Shown piece after piece: positions 30,725-41,577 of a stretch of 64,000 bases of DNA (the first letter of the stretch is position 1; each line of letters starts with the position of its first letter). The DNA comes from Meiothermus sp. GTDB taxonomy: Bacteria; Deinococcota; Deinococci; Deinococcales; Thermaceae. The DNA lies in the NCBI GenBank assembly GCA_033762915.1, contig JANRLD010000005.1, positions 1 through 64,000 on the forward strand. Direction: 5' to 3'. The position numbers and the translations under genes are program-made. Under the pieces are notes generated by a model. The model was not told the DNA's origin. It was given only the letters and a program-made list of their open reading frames with translations, and made no database searches.

Positions 30725-30951
30725 ACCCTCGAGGGCTGATGGCCTGTCCCCTTGCGGGCGTCATCACCGCCCCAGCAACCACCGCCCCTCTCCCAGAGGG
30801 AGAGGGGCTTCGCACGCTACAGTTCTTTCTGCCACCGTGGGGAAGAGCGGACTCTGACCCCTGAAGCCGCCGACGCCTCCTGAAGTTAGCAGGCCCTTGT
30901 GCGGGGGCTCAGCCCCAAACTTCACCCCCACCCTCAAGCCCCCCCTAACCC

Positions 30952-31893
30952 ATGCTCGCCTACCTCGTTCGCCGTCTATTGCTCGTCCTGGTGGTGGTAT
31001 GGGGCACCGCCACCCTGGCTTTTTTCCTGTTGTTCCTTTCCGGCGACCCAGTAAACCTGCTGCTGCCGCTAGACGCCACCCCCGAAGTGCGCGAACAGTT
31101 TCGCAAGGCCAACGGCTTCGACCGCCCGGTCTGGCAGCAGTACCTCAGCTATCTGGGCCGGGCGGTGCAGGGCGACCTGGGCATCTCGCTGCGCAACCAG
31201 ACCCCCGCCCTGGGGCTGGTACTCGAGCGGATGCCGGCCAGCATGGTGCTGGCCGGGGCGGCGCTCTTGTTCGCAGTGGTGTTCGGGGTGCTGGCCGGGG
31301 TAATCGCGGCGGTGCGTAAGGGCACCACGCTGGAGTTCGTGGTGCTGTTCTTCGCCCTGCTCGGCCAGTCGCTGCCGGTCTTCTGGCTGGCCCTGATGCT
31401 GATCCTGGTCTTCGGCCTCGAGCTGCGCTGGCTGCCCATCTCGGGCTACGGAATGGGGGCTATCCCTGGCCTGCCTGCCCTCGCCAACCTGGTCTTGCCC
31501 GCCGTGGCGGTGGGTACCTTCTCGATGGCGGCCATCACCCGCCTGACTCGAGGGGGGGTGCTGCGCGAGTTGCGCAGCGACCACGTCCGAACCGCCAGGG
31601 CCAAGGGCCTTTCCGAGCGGGTGGTGATCTACAAGCACGCCCTGCGCAACGCCGCCATCCCAGTGGTGACGGTCATCGGGCTTCAGCTGGGTAACCTGCT
31701 CTCCGGCGCGGTCATCACCGAGACCATCTTCGCCTGGCCGGGGGTGGGGCGGCTGGTGTTGACCGCCGTGACCCAGCAGGACTTCCCGGTGGTGCAGGCC
31801 GCCGTGATCGTCTTCGCGGTGATGCTGGCGGTGATCAACCTGGCGGTGGATCTGCTTTACGGGGTGCTCGACCCCAGGGTGCGCTATGCCTAG
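30952..31893 (+). CDS. Peptide ABC transporter permease (DppB-like)
   Basis: GDLGIS, TARAKGL..HALRNA and ETIFAWPGVG. Confidence 0.93.
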   Translation: MLAYLVRRLLLVLVVVWGTATLAFFLLFLSGDPVNLLLPLDATPEVREQFRKANGFDRPVWQQYLSYLGRAVQGDLGISLRNQTPALGLVLERMPASMVLAGAALLFAVVFGVLAGVIAAVRKGTTLEFVVLFFALLGQSLPVFWLALMLILVFGLELRWLPISGYGMGAIPGLPALANLVLPAVAVGTFSMAAITRLTRGGVLRELRSDHVRTARAKGLSERVVIYKHALRNAAIPVVTVIGLQLGNLLSGAVITETIFAWPGVGRLVLTAVTQQDFPVVQAAVIVFAVMLAVINLAVDLLYGVLDPRVRYA

Positions 31894-32719
31894 CCTGCCC
31901 AGGGTGCTGCGCGCCCCCTCGGCGCTGATCGGGGTCGGCCTGATGGCGCTGTTTGTGCTGATGGCCCTGTTCGCCCCGGTCATCAGCCCCCACGACCCCA
32001 CCCAGCAAGACCTCCAGGCCATTACCCAGCCGCCGGGTGTCGAGGGCCACCTCCTGGGCACCGACCGCCTCGGCCGCGACATGCTTTCGCGCATCTACCA
32101 CGGGGCGCGCCTCTCGCTGATCGTGGCGGTAGCGGGGGTGCTGATCGGGGCCGCCATCGGGATACCGTTAGGGCTGATCTCGGGCTATCTGGGGGGGCGG
32201 GTGGACGACTTCCTGATGCGCCTGGGAGACATCCAGCTCTCGCTGCCGTTTATTCTGCTGGTGATTGCCATCATCGCGGCGCTCGGGCCCAGCCTGAGCA
32301 ACACCATCCTGGTGTTGGGGGTGACCAGTTGGGTGCTTTACGCCCGCGTGGTGCGCGGAGAGGTGCTCTCGCTCAAGGAGCGGGAGTTCGTGCAGGCCGC
32401 CCACGCGTTGGGGGCCAGCGGCCGGCGGGTCATGCTCCATCACCTGCTCCCCAACGCCGCCGGGCCGCTGATCGTGGTGGCGACCCTCGAGCTCGCCCGC
32501 CTGATCGTCACCGAGGCCGCGCTCTCGTTCTTGGGCCTTTCGGGGGTTCCGCCGGAAATCCCCAGTTGGGGGCAGATGCTCTCCGACGGTCGCGAGGTGC
32601 TGTTCTTCGGCGGCTGGTGGGTGGCCACCTTCCCCGGAGTGGCCATCAGCCTGCTGGTGCTGGGCATCAACCTCTTCGGCGACGCCTTGGCCGAGGTGCT
32701 CGACCCCCGCAGCCGTTAG
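31886..32719 (+). CDS. Peptide ABC transporter permease (DppC-like)
   Basis: LLGTDRLGRD, FVQAAHALGAS and EAALSFLG..PSWG. Confidence 0.93.
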   Translation: MPSLPRVLRAPSALIGVGLMALFVLMALFAPVISPHDPTQQDLQAITQPPGVEGHLLGTDRLGRDMLSRIYHGARLSLIVAVAGVLIGAAIGIPLGLISGYLGGRVDDFLMRLGDIQLSLPFILLVIAIIAALGPSLSNTILVLGVTSWVLYARVVRGEVLSLKEREFVQAAHALGASGRRVMLHHLLPNAAGPLIVVATLELARLIVTEAALSFLGLSGVPPEIPSWGQMLSDGREVLFFGGWWVATFPGVAISLLVLGINLFGDALAEVLDPRSR

Positions 32720-32941
32720 GTGTCTGCGGAGCTAAAGTGGGAATGCCGTCCTGATACGCCTGTGGCGAGTTTGCACCCGTGCTTGCAACTGCGGTACAGG
32801 CCAGCCTCGCAAATCTGCCTGGCGCAACGTACAGCGAACTTCAATGCTTGCCAAAGACCTGGGGGACTAAACCCGTTCCCTGCTGACATTCCGCTCCATC
32901 AAGGCGGGCATCGCCGAAGTCGCCGTGAGGGTCGGGTATCG

Positions 32942-34249
32942 CTACGGCGCGACCTTGCCGCCTTGCGCGACCGGCTCCGGCTCGAGCTGCCCTTCCCGTG
33001 GAGCCTGGAACTCGTGCCGGTGGTGCAGCACCCGCACCGCGAAGTCGTAGGTGAAGTAGCTGTAGGCCCAGTTGCCCATCACCATCGCCCGGTTGCGGAA
33101 GCCGATCAGGTAGTAGAGGTGGACGGCCAGCCAGGCGCTCCAGGCCAGGAAGCCGCGCATCCGCAGGTTGCCCAACTCTGCGATGGCGTGGCTGCGCCCG
33201 AGGGTGGCCATGCTGCCCTTGTCCTTGTAGGTGAAGGGCTGCTGCTCCCGGCCGTGCAGCGCCCGCAGGATGTTGTGGGCCGCGTGTGCCCCCTGCTGCA
33301 TGGCGGTGGGGGCCACCTGGGGGTGGGGCCTGCCGCTTTTCCACTCGAGCCAGTTCATGTCGCCCGCCACGTAGACCGAGGGCTCGCTGGGCATGTAGAG
33401 CTGCGGGCTGGTCTCGATTCGGTTGCCACGCACGACCGGCAGGCCGGGGATGCTCTGCCCGGTCACACCCGCTGTCCAGACGGCGGTAAAGCTGGGGATG
33501 AAGTCCCCGCTTCCCAGCCGGACCCCCTGTGCGGTGATCTCCACCACCCGCTGGCCGAACATCAGTTCGACCCCCAGGTTCTTTAGGAAGTCCTGGGCGT
33601 AGTAGGCCGAGGAGGGCGCGAAGGCGTCGAGGATGCGTTCACCGGTCTCGATCAGGATGACCCGCATCTCCTCGAGCCGTATCCCCGGGTAGTCGCGGCT
33701 GATGACGTGCCGCCGAATCTCGCCCAGCGCCCCGGCCAGCTCCACGCCGGTGGCCCCGCCCCCCACCACCACGAAGGTCAGCAGGGCCTTGCGGCGCTGG
33801 GGGTCTGCCGTGCGCTCGGCCTCCTCGCACGCCGAAAGCACCCGATCCCGGATCCGCATGGCGTCGTCGAGGTCCTTCATCCCGAAGCCGTGCTGGGCCA
33901 CGCCGGGCAGGCCGAAGTCGTTGGTGCGGGTGCCGGTGCCCAGCAGGAGGTAGTCGTAGGGGAGGGGCTTCCCGTCCACGCTAAGCACCCGGGTGCGGCT
34001 ATCTACCCACTCGGCGTTGCCCATCAGGAAGCGGGCGTTCTTATACTTGCGCAGGTAGGCCCGCACCGGAAAAGCGATCTGGGGGGCCTCGAGGCCCGCC
34101 GAGGCCACCTGGTACAGGAGCGGCTGGAAGAGGTGGTAGTTGTTGCGGTCTACCAGCGTCACCCGCACCCCCGGCTCCCGCGACAGCACCCGTACCGCGT
34201 GCAGCCCTGCGAAGCCCGCGCCCAATACCACCACGTGTTTTTCGCTCAT
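32942..34249 (-). CDS. ndh: Type II NADH:quinone oxidoreductase family protein
   Basis: GAGFAG, HLFQPLLYQVA, GGGATGVELAG and APTAMQQG; start MSEKH follows a GGGGGA RBS. Confidence 0.88.
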   Translation of the reverse strand: MSEKHVVVLGAGFAGLHAVRVLSREPGVRVTLVDRNNYHLFQPLLYQVASAGLEAPQIAFPVRAYLRKYKNARFLMGNAEWVDSRTRVLSVDGKPLPYDYLLLGTGTRTNDFGLPGVAQHGFGMKDLDDAMRIRDRVLSACEEAERTADPQRRKALLTFVVVGGGATGVELAGALGEIRRHVISRDYPGIRLEEMRVILIETGERILDAFAPSSAYYAQDFLKNLGVELMFGQRVVEITAQGVRLGSGDFIPSFTAVWTAGVTGQSIPGLPVVRGNRIETSPQLYMPSEPSVYVAGDMNWLEWKSGRPHPQVAPTAMQQGAHAAHNILRALHGREQQPFTYKDKGSMATLGRSHAIAELGNLRMRGFLAWSAWLAVHLYYLIGFRNRAMVMGNWAYSYFTYDFAVRVLHHRHEFQAPREGQLEPEPVAQGGKVAP

Positions 34250-34656
34250 ACTTCCCCCTTGGGGTGCCCTCGAGCCGGCTCGAGGACGTTTGTCCCTAAG
34301 ATTGTACATCTTTTCACAAGCAAAAGGAAGACCCTCAGGCTCACCCTGGGCTTTCTCCGAGCCTCTCGTGCTACATGAATGAATCGCGATTGTCGCCCCG
34401 AATCGCCCGCAGGCTTTCTCGGCCGGCGTCTCACCCATACGACTCAAGCGATGATGCGCTGAATCAGACGCTAAAGCGGGCCTACTGCCGCGCACATCCA
34501 AACTTCTGCGTGCGGAGTTTCGGGGGAATTCAGATACCGTCCTGTCTTGCGCCACAGGCTATGAGCCACAGAGGCCGAAACCCCAGTTGCTTTTGTGTAC
34601 CGAGCGAAGGGCCTATGGCGGTGTGCAATGGACTCCCGCGTCACCGCAACCCGAAA

Positions 34657-34683
34657 ACACGGCGAAGACGGACTTCAGCCCCA
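34657..34683 (+). repeat. Degenerate intergenic repeat, family B, partial copy 3
   Basis: CGGCGAAGACGGACTTCAGCCCCA matches the core of copy 2. Confidence 0.35.
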
Positions 34684-34773
34684 AAGTCTTTGCCGAGCAT
34701 TGAAAACTGCTGTATGACCAGAGGGGCGAAAGGTTTGGGCGACCCCGTCGATTCGCGGTCAGCGAGGCTCGAG

Positions 34774-35979
34774 CTACAGCGAAACCTCCGCGCCGTACCC
34801 CTTCAGCACAGCCCGCGCCACCACCGTCTTGTGCACCTCGTCGGCCCCGTCGTAGATGCGGGCGGCCCGCTCGTGGCGATAGAAGTAGGCCAGAATGGTG
34901 TCGTCGGACATGCCCAGGCTGCCGTAGACCTGGATGGCCCGGTCAATTACCCGCTGGAGCACGCCCGCGACAAAAAACTTGATGGTGGAAATCTCTACCC
35001 GGGCGTGGTCGGCCCCCACGGTCTCGACCTTCTCGGCAGCGTCAAGCACCATCAGCCTCGAGGCGTGAATCTCGGCCTGGGAGTCGGCGATCATGTGCTG
35101 GATGGCCTGTCGGCTGGCCAGGGACTTGCCAGGGGAGAGCTCGCGCTCGGCGGCCCGTTGGCACATCAGTTCGAAGCAGCGCTGGGCGATCCCGACCCAG
35201 CGCATGCAGTGGTGGATGCGGCCCGGCCCCAGCCGCTCCTGGGCGATGGCGAAGCCACGCCCCCTCGAGCCCAGCAGGTTGGAGGCGGGGACCCGCACGT
35301 TCTCGAGCCGCACCTCGGAGTGGCTGGCCCAGTCCGTGCCGGCCTCACCCATCACCGCGATCTTACGGACGTGCTCGAAGCCCGGCGCGTCGGTGGGAAC
35401 TATGATCTGGCTGGCTCGGGCGTGGGCGGCGGGGGCATCGGGATCGGTGACGCACATCACGATGGCGAAGCTGCTGCCCTCGAACCCGCTGGTGTACCAC
35501 TTGTGCCCGTTGATCACCCACTCCTCGCCCTCCAGCACGGCGGTGGTGTCCATCCACACCGGGTTGGAGCCGGCGTGCCCGGGCTCGGTCATGGCGAAGC
35601 TGCTGCGGATCTCGCCGCGGGTCAGTGGCTCGAGCCACCGAGACTTCTGCTCGGGGCTGCCGTGGCGCAGCAGCACCTCCATGTTGCCGATGTCGGGGGC
35701 CTGGGTGTTGAAGCAGTAGTGGCCCAGCGGGCTGCGCCCCAGCGCCTCAGAGATGCGGGCGAACTCGGTGATCTTCAGCCCCAGCCCGTTGGGGTGATGC
35801 AGCGCGGGCAGCCACCAGCCGTTGGCTTTCACCTTGCCCCGAACCGCCTCGAGCCTGGGCTTTACGGCGGCAAAGCCGTGGGCAAGAAAGTCCGGCTCGA
35901 GGGGCTCGATCTCCGAAGCCACAAAAGCCCGTACGGCCTCGAGCATCTCCGTCACCGGGGGCGTCTGGATGGTGTTCAC
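34774..35979 (-). CDS. Acyl-CoA dehydrogenase
   Basis: APDIGNME, FAMTEP, NGHKW, QERLGPGRIHH and RIYDGADEVH; TAAAAT 6 nt before the GTG. Confidence 0.93.
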   Translation of the reverse strand: MNTIQTPPVTEMLEAVRAFVASEIEPLEPDFLAHGFAAVKPRLEAVRGKVKANGWWLPALHHPNGLGLKITEFARISEALGRSPLGHYCFNTQAPDIGNMEVLLRHGSPEQKSRWLEPLTRGEIRSSFAMTEPGHAGSNPVWMDTTAVLEGEEWVINGHKWYTSGFEGSSFAIVMCVTDPDAPAAHARASQIIVPTDAPGFEHVRKIAVMGEAGTDWASHSEVRLENVRVPASNLLGSRGRGFAIAQERLGPGRIHHCMRWVGIAQRCFELMCQRAAERELSPGKSLASRQAIQHMIADSQAEIHASRLMVLDAAEKVETVGADHARVEISTIKFFVAGVLQRVIDRAIQVYGSLGMSDDTILAYFYRHERAARIYDGADEVHKTVVARAVLKGYGAEVSL

Positions 35980-36172
35980 TTGGCCATTTTACCTTGGTTT
36001 TGGCGGAGCCTGGTCAGGGCGAGTTGGGCCTGGCATGCCGGGCCCCACAGGGGTTACCAGTTGCGTCATAGTGAGATTGCAGGACTTCAGCACAGCCTCA
36101 TCAGCGAGCGGCTTGTGGGCGCACGCCCGATCTATCGGCGGGTGCGGATGCTGCAATTCCACTATGGAGATA

Positions 36173-37474
36173 CTACCCTTCCCAGACCACCCGGCCCTCG
36201 ACCATGGTAAGGGTCGGCCAGCCGCTTAGGCTCCAGCCGGCCCAGGGGCTGAACTTGGCCTTGGAGAGGAAGCTCGAGGGGTTCACGGCCTGCTCGGCTC
36301 CGGGGTTCCACAGCACCAGGCTGGCCTCTGCTCCTTCGGTCAGGTGAATGGGGGAGAAAGCAGCCACCCGCCGCGCCCCGTCGGTGAAGCGCTCGAGCAG
36401 CGTGGGCAGCGGGAAGCCTTTTTTCTGCACCAGCTCGGTGAAGAGCAGCGGCCAGCAGACCTCGATGTTGGGAATTCCGAAGGGGGCCCGCAGCATGTCC
36501 AGCTCTTTCTCGTCCTGGGTGTGCGGGGCGTGGTCGGTGCCGATGCAGTCGATGGTCCCGTCCAACAAGCCTTGCAGCAGCGCGTCAATGTCGGACTGGG
36601 TACGCAGCGGCGGCGCGACCTTGAATATGGGGTTCAGCCCCTCGAGGTTTTGGTCGGTCAGAGTGAGGTGGTGCGGCCCCACCTCGGTGGTCACCGGCAT
36701 TCCCTCGGCCTTGGCCTGGCGGATGAGCTGCAAGCCTCGAGCGGTGCTGAGGTGCTGAACATGCAAGAGCGCCGAGCGTCGAGCTTCTAGAGCAGAGAGC
36801 CGAGAGGCAACGTACCGGACGATCTCGAGGTCTCGCGCGATCCGCGCCGCCTCGGCGTACCCGGTGTTACCCGGAAGCCCCAGCCGCGCCGACACCTCAC
36901 CGTCGTTCATCACTCCGCCGCGCCGCAGCCCGGCGTCTTCGGCATGGACCATCACCAGCATCCCCCAGGAGGCCGCGTACTCGAGGCCCAGCGCCAGCAC
37001 GCCCGCGTCCTCGTTGGTGTGGCCGTCGTCAGTGAGCAGGATCGCGCCCGCGTCCCGCAGCGCCTTGGCCTCGGTCAGCAGTTTTCCGTCAAGGTTCTGC
37101 GTCAGGGCCGCCGAGGGGTGCAGCCGGGCCTTGCCTATGGTCCTGGCCTTATTCACCAGCGAGGCCACGATCTCGGGATGGTCCACCCTGGGGGTGGTGT
37201 TGGGCATCGAGACCACGTCGGTGTAGCCGCCTTTGGCCGCCGCCGCCAGCCCGGTGAAGAGGTCTTCCTTAACCTCTTGCCCCGGCTCTCGCAGGTGGGC
37301 ATGCGGGTCGAAGAAGCCGGGCGAGAGGGTCAGCCCCGAGGCATCAATCGTGCGCCCGGCCTCGCCGCCGGAAAGGGAAAGAATCCTCCCGTCGCCCACC
37401 AGCACGTCGGCGGTTCCGTGGTCGCCCCGGCCGTCCACCAGGCGGGCGCTCTTAATCAGGATTTTGTCGGACAT
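36173..37474 (-). CDS. pyrC: Dihydroorotase
   Basis: [25 protein letters not shown] and TDHAPH. Confidence 0.95.
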   Translation of the reverse strand: MSDKILIKSARLVDGRGDHGTADVLVGDGRILSLSGGEAGRTIDASGLTLSPGFFDPHAHLREPGQEVKEDLFTGLAAAAKGGYTDVVSMPNTTPRVDHPEIVASLVNKARTIGKARLHPSAALTQNLDGKLLTEAKALRDAGAILLTDDGHTNEDAGVLALGLEYAASWGMLVMVHAEDAGLRRGGVMNDGEVSARLGLPGNTGYAEAARIARDLEIVRYVASRLSALEARRSALLHVQHLSTARGLQLIRQAKAEGMPVTTEVGPHHLTLTDQNLEGLNPIFKVAPPLRTQSDIDALLQGLLDGTIDCIGTDHAPHTQDEKELDMLRAPFGIPNIEVCWPLLFTELVQKKGFPLPTLLERFTDGARRVAAFSPIHLTEGAEASLVLWNPGAEQAVNPSSFLSKAKFSPWAGWSLSGWPTLTMVEGRVVWEG

Positions 37475-37577
37475 GAAGCTCCTTTAGTGCGAAGGGCGAG
37501 GAAAGCAGAGAGACAGAAGAGAAAGGTAAAGTCAGGGGCGTTTGGTGTTCAATTCCTCTGTTCTCCTTCCTCGCCTC

Positions 37578-39072
<1,495 letters not shown>

Positions 39073-39158
39073 CTACGCTCGCAGGCCTGCCTCTGCTCCA
39101 GGAGGCAAGTTTGCCTGTGTGCTGCCCGCTCCACCCGCTGGGGGAGGGGCACAGGCAC

Positions 39159-39260
39159 AAAAAAAAGCACCCGTCACGGGTGCATGGCTCTAAGTTTGTG
39201 GCTTCCAAACGGTTCATTATTGCTCCTTTCCGACCTCGCGGGATCGGGATTAAAGGTCTG
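39159..39260 (-). promoter_or_regulatory. PyrR-binding attenuator (binding loop plus intrinsic terminator)
   Basis: Minus strand CCTTTAA-TCCCGATCCCGCGAGGTCGG-AAAGG (39225-39257) resembles the PyrR loop consensus; terminator GCACCCG-TGA-CGGGTGC-T8 at 39159-39183. Confidence 0.85.
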
Positions 39261-39410
39261 AGCCTAGGTTAGGCTCAGCGCGTATGGTACGCCCCCCGGC
39301 GGGGGCGGGTCAATGGCCCCCGACCGGATGGCCCGCTTGCTTTTCTCCGGCCAACCCTCTCGAGGGGCCGGGCCTGAGGGCCGGGGCGGAGGTTGTAGCA
39401 TAGAGCCGAC

Positions 39411-39962
39411 ATGGACGTGATTCAGATGTATAAAGACACCGGTGCGCTGCTCGAGGGCCACTACCTGCTGCGCTCGGGGAGGCACAGCCCCAAATTCCTC
39501 CAGTCCACCACACTCCTCCAGCACCCCATCTACGCCGAGGCGGTGGGGCAGGCGCTGGGCGAGTTGTTCGAGGACATTCCTGTAGATTTCGTGATTGGCC
39601 CGGCGATGGGAGGGGTGACGCTGGCCTTCGTGGTGGCCAAGGCCCTGGGGGTGCGGGCCTTGTTTGCCGAGAAGGACGGGCAAGGCGGGATGTTCGTGCG
39701 CGAGGGCCTGACCCTTAGCCCCGGTGACCGCTTCCTGGCTGTGGAGGACGTGCTGACCACCGGTGGCTCGGTGCAGCGGGCCGTGGCGGCGGCCCAGGCC
39801 AAGGGCGGGGTGTGCGTGGCGGTGGGGTGCATTGTGGACCGTAGCGCGGGCCGCGCCGAGTTCGGGGTACCTTTCCGCTCCCTGACCCAGCTCGACTTTC
39901 CCACCTACTCCCCCGACTCCTGCCCGCTGTGTCAGAGGGGCGAGCCACTGTTGGAAGTCTAG
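39411..39962 (+). CDS. pyrE: Orotate phosphoribosyltransferase
   Basis: GHYLLRSGRHS and VEDVLTTGGS; divergent from pyrR. Confidence 0.95.
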   Translation: MDVIQMYKDTGALLEGHYLLRSGRHSPKFLQSTTLLQHPIYAEAVGQALGELFEDIPVDFVIGPAMGGVTLAFVVAKALGVRALFAEKDGQGGMFVREGLTLSPGDRFLAVEDVLTTGGSVQRAVAAAQAKGGVCVAVGCIVDRSAGRAEFGVPFRSLTQLDFPTYSPDSCPLCQRGEPLLEV

Positions 39963-39982
39963 TTTGTGGGTATTCTTTGAGC

Positions 39983-41110
39983 ATGGGATACCTCGGCGGG
40001 CTACGGAAGGGTGGGGGCAGGGGCGCAAGAAAAGGGCAAGAGGCAGGTAGGAGGGTTGTTTTTACTTTCCTCTTTCCTCTTTTCTCCTTTCTCGCCTTCG
40101 CCTTTCTGCCGCTTACCACGGCCCAGGACGCCGCGCCCGACCCTGCGGTAGTGGCCCAGGCTCGGCAGGCGGTTGCGGACTGGCAGGCCGGGAAGTTTAC
40201 CCCAGCGACCCCGACTCCCGGGCAGTCCACCGAGGAACTGGTGCGTCAGCTCGAGCGTCAGCTGGCCTTCCAGCCCGCCCCGCAGGGCCTGCAGGTTAAC
40301 CTCAACGAGCCCAGGGTCGCCAACACCGACCGGGGCACCGTGGTCAGCTTCCCCGCCACGGTGGGGAGTGTGGGCGGCGAAGTACGTATTACGCTGCGCG
40401 GTGGGCAGGTCACCCGGGCGGGGTTTGCGCTCGAGGGCGGCAGGCTGCCGGCTTGGACCGAGAGCCCGCTGGCCTGGGGCCTCTTCGGGCTGTTCTCGCT
40501 GCTGTTTGTCTACGCGATTTTCGGCGCTAGCCGGGTGGGTCAGCTCTGGCGCGAGGCCTGGGCCTTGACCCGCCAGTACCGGGGGCTCTACATCGGAATA
40601 AACGTGGGGCTCTACGGCCTGTTCGCGCTGGGCTCGCTGGTGGCCTACGCCAACCCCCGCATCGTCGCGCTGATGCAGGAAGTGGTGGGCGGGGCCTTGG
40701 AGCAGATCGGGATCGGCAACGCCTTCGCGTACGGGGTGGCGGGGCTGGCCACAACCATTTTCTACTGGAACTTTACCAACGGCCTGATCCTCACCACCGC
40801 CGTGCCGGGGCTGCTGATGGGCATCCCGGCGCTGCTGTTCAACGCTGCGCGCTACTTCGTGCTGGGCTTCGCCCTGAGCCCGGTGGCGTTGCCGCTGGCG
40901 GGCTATCTGGTGCACCTGCCCACGGTGGTGGTGGAACTGCAGGCCTACATCTTTGTGACCTTTGGGGGCATGGTGTTGATGACCAAAGTGCTCAAGGGCG
41001 AGGGCTACCGCAAGGGTCTGCGGGCGCTGGGCCTAACGGTGCTGGTGGGGGCTTTCTTCCTGGTCGTGGGGGCCTGGTACGAGGCGTTCTCGCTGTCCCT
41101 GCTGCGCTGA
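39983..41110 (+). CDS. Membrane protein with N-terminal extracytoplasmic domain and SpoIIM-like C-terminal TM domain
   Basis: IFYWN...H..TVVVELQAY...FLVVGAWYEA pattern. Start codon uncertain. Confidence 0.6.
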   Translation: MGYLGGLRKGGGRGARKGQEAGRRVVFTFLFPLFSFLAFAFLPLTTAQDAAPDPAVVAQARQAVADWQAGKFTPATPTPGQSTEELVRQLERQLAFQPAPQGLQVNLNEPRVANTDRGTVVSFPATVGSVGGEVRITLRGGQVTRAGFALEGGRLPAWTESPLAWGLFGLFSLLFVYAIFGASRVGQLWREAWALTRQYRGLYIGINVGLYGLFALGSLVAYANPRIVALMQEVVGGALEQIGIGNAFAYGVAGLATTIFYWNFTNGLILTTAVPGLLMGIPALLFNAARYFVLGFALSPVALPLAGYLVHLPTVVVELQAYIFVTFGGMVLMTKVLKGEGYRKGLRALGLTVLVGAFFLVVGAWYEAFSLSLLR

Positions 41111-41577
41111 TGCTGTGCCGGGCAGTTGTTTCGTGAATCCCCCCTCTTCCGGCGCGGTCGCTAACCACTGGGCCGCAGCACTCCTCAGCTCTTTTGGGGC
41201 CGCTTGCTGGCTGTGTACAACCTGCTCGGTTGCGCCCGCCTAGGATGGGCCGGGTTTCGAGAACCCGTGATGAAGACGTCAAGGCGGGTTTGCACGGAAG
41301 GGGGTCACGCGGTCTGATAGGACATTTCGCCCAGGAAACCTGCTTTGTAATGGGGTTCGGGCCGCGGTTTCGCGAAACCCGTAGGCTCTCGAGCCGCCTT
41401 GCTTCCCCATGCTTCACGGTTCACCGAGGGCCGGAGGGTCTTGCTTTATACCTAAGTATGGCGCAATACTGTAATCAACCCACGGTTATTTTTCGTAATT
41501 AGGGTAGTTTAGTCAGACGTCGCGGCGAGCTGTATCAACTCGGATGTGACCATCCTCCATCATTGAAGAACTGTTTT

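Noticed and set aside
30784..30809. CCCCTCTCCC/GGGAGAGGGG hairpin as a REP family
   Set aside because: Single clear copy; similar hairpins at 4764, 50671 and 59630 differ in sequence and are better explained as terminators or stabilisers.
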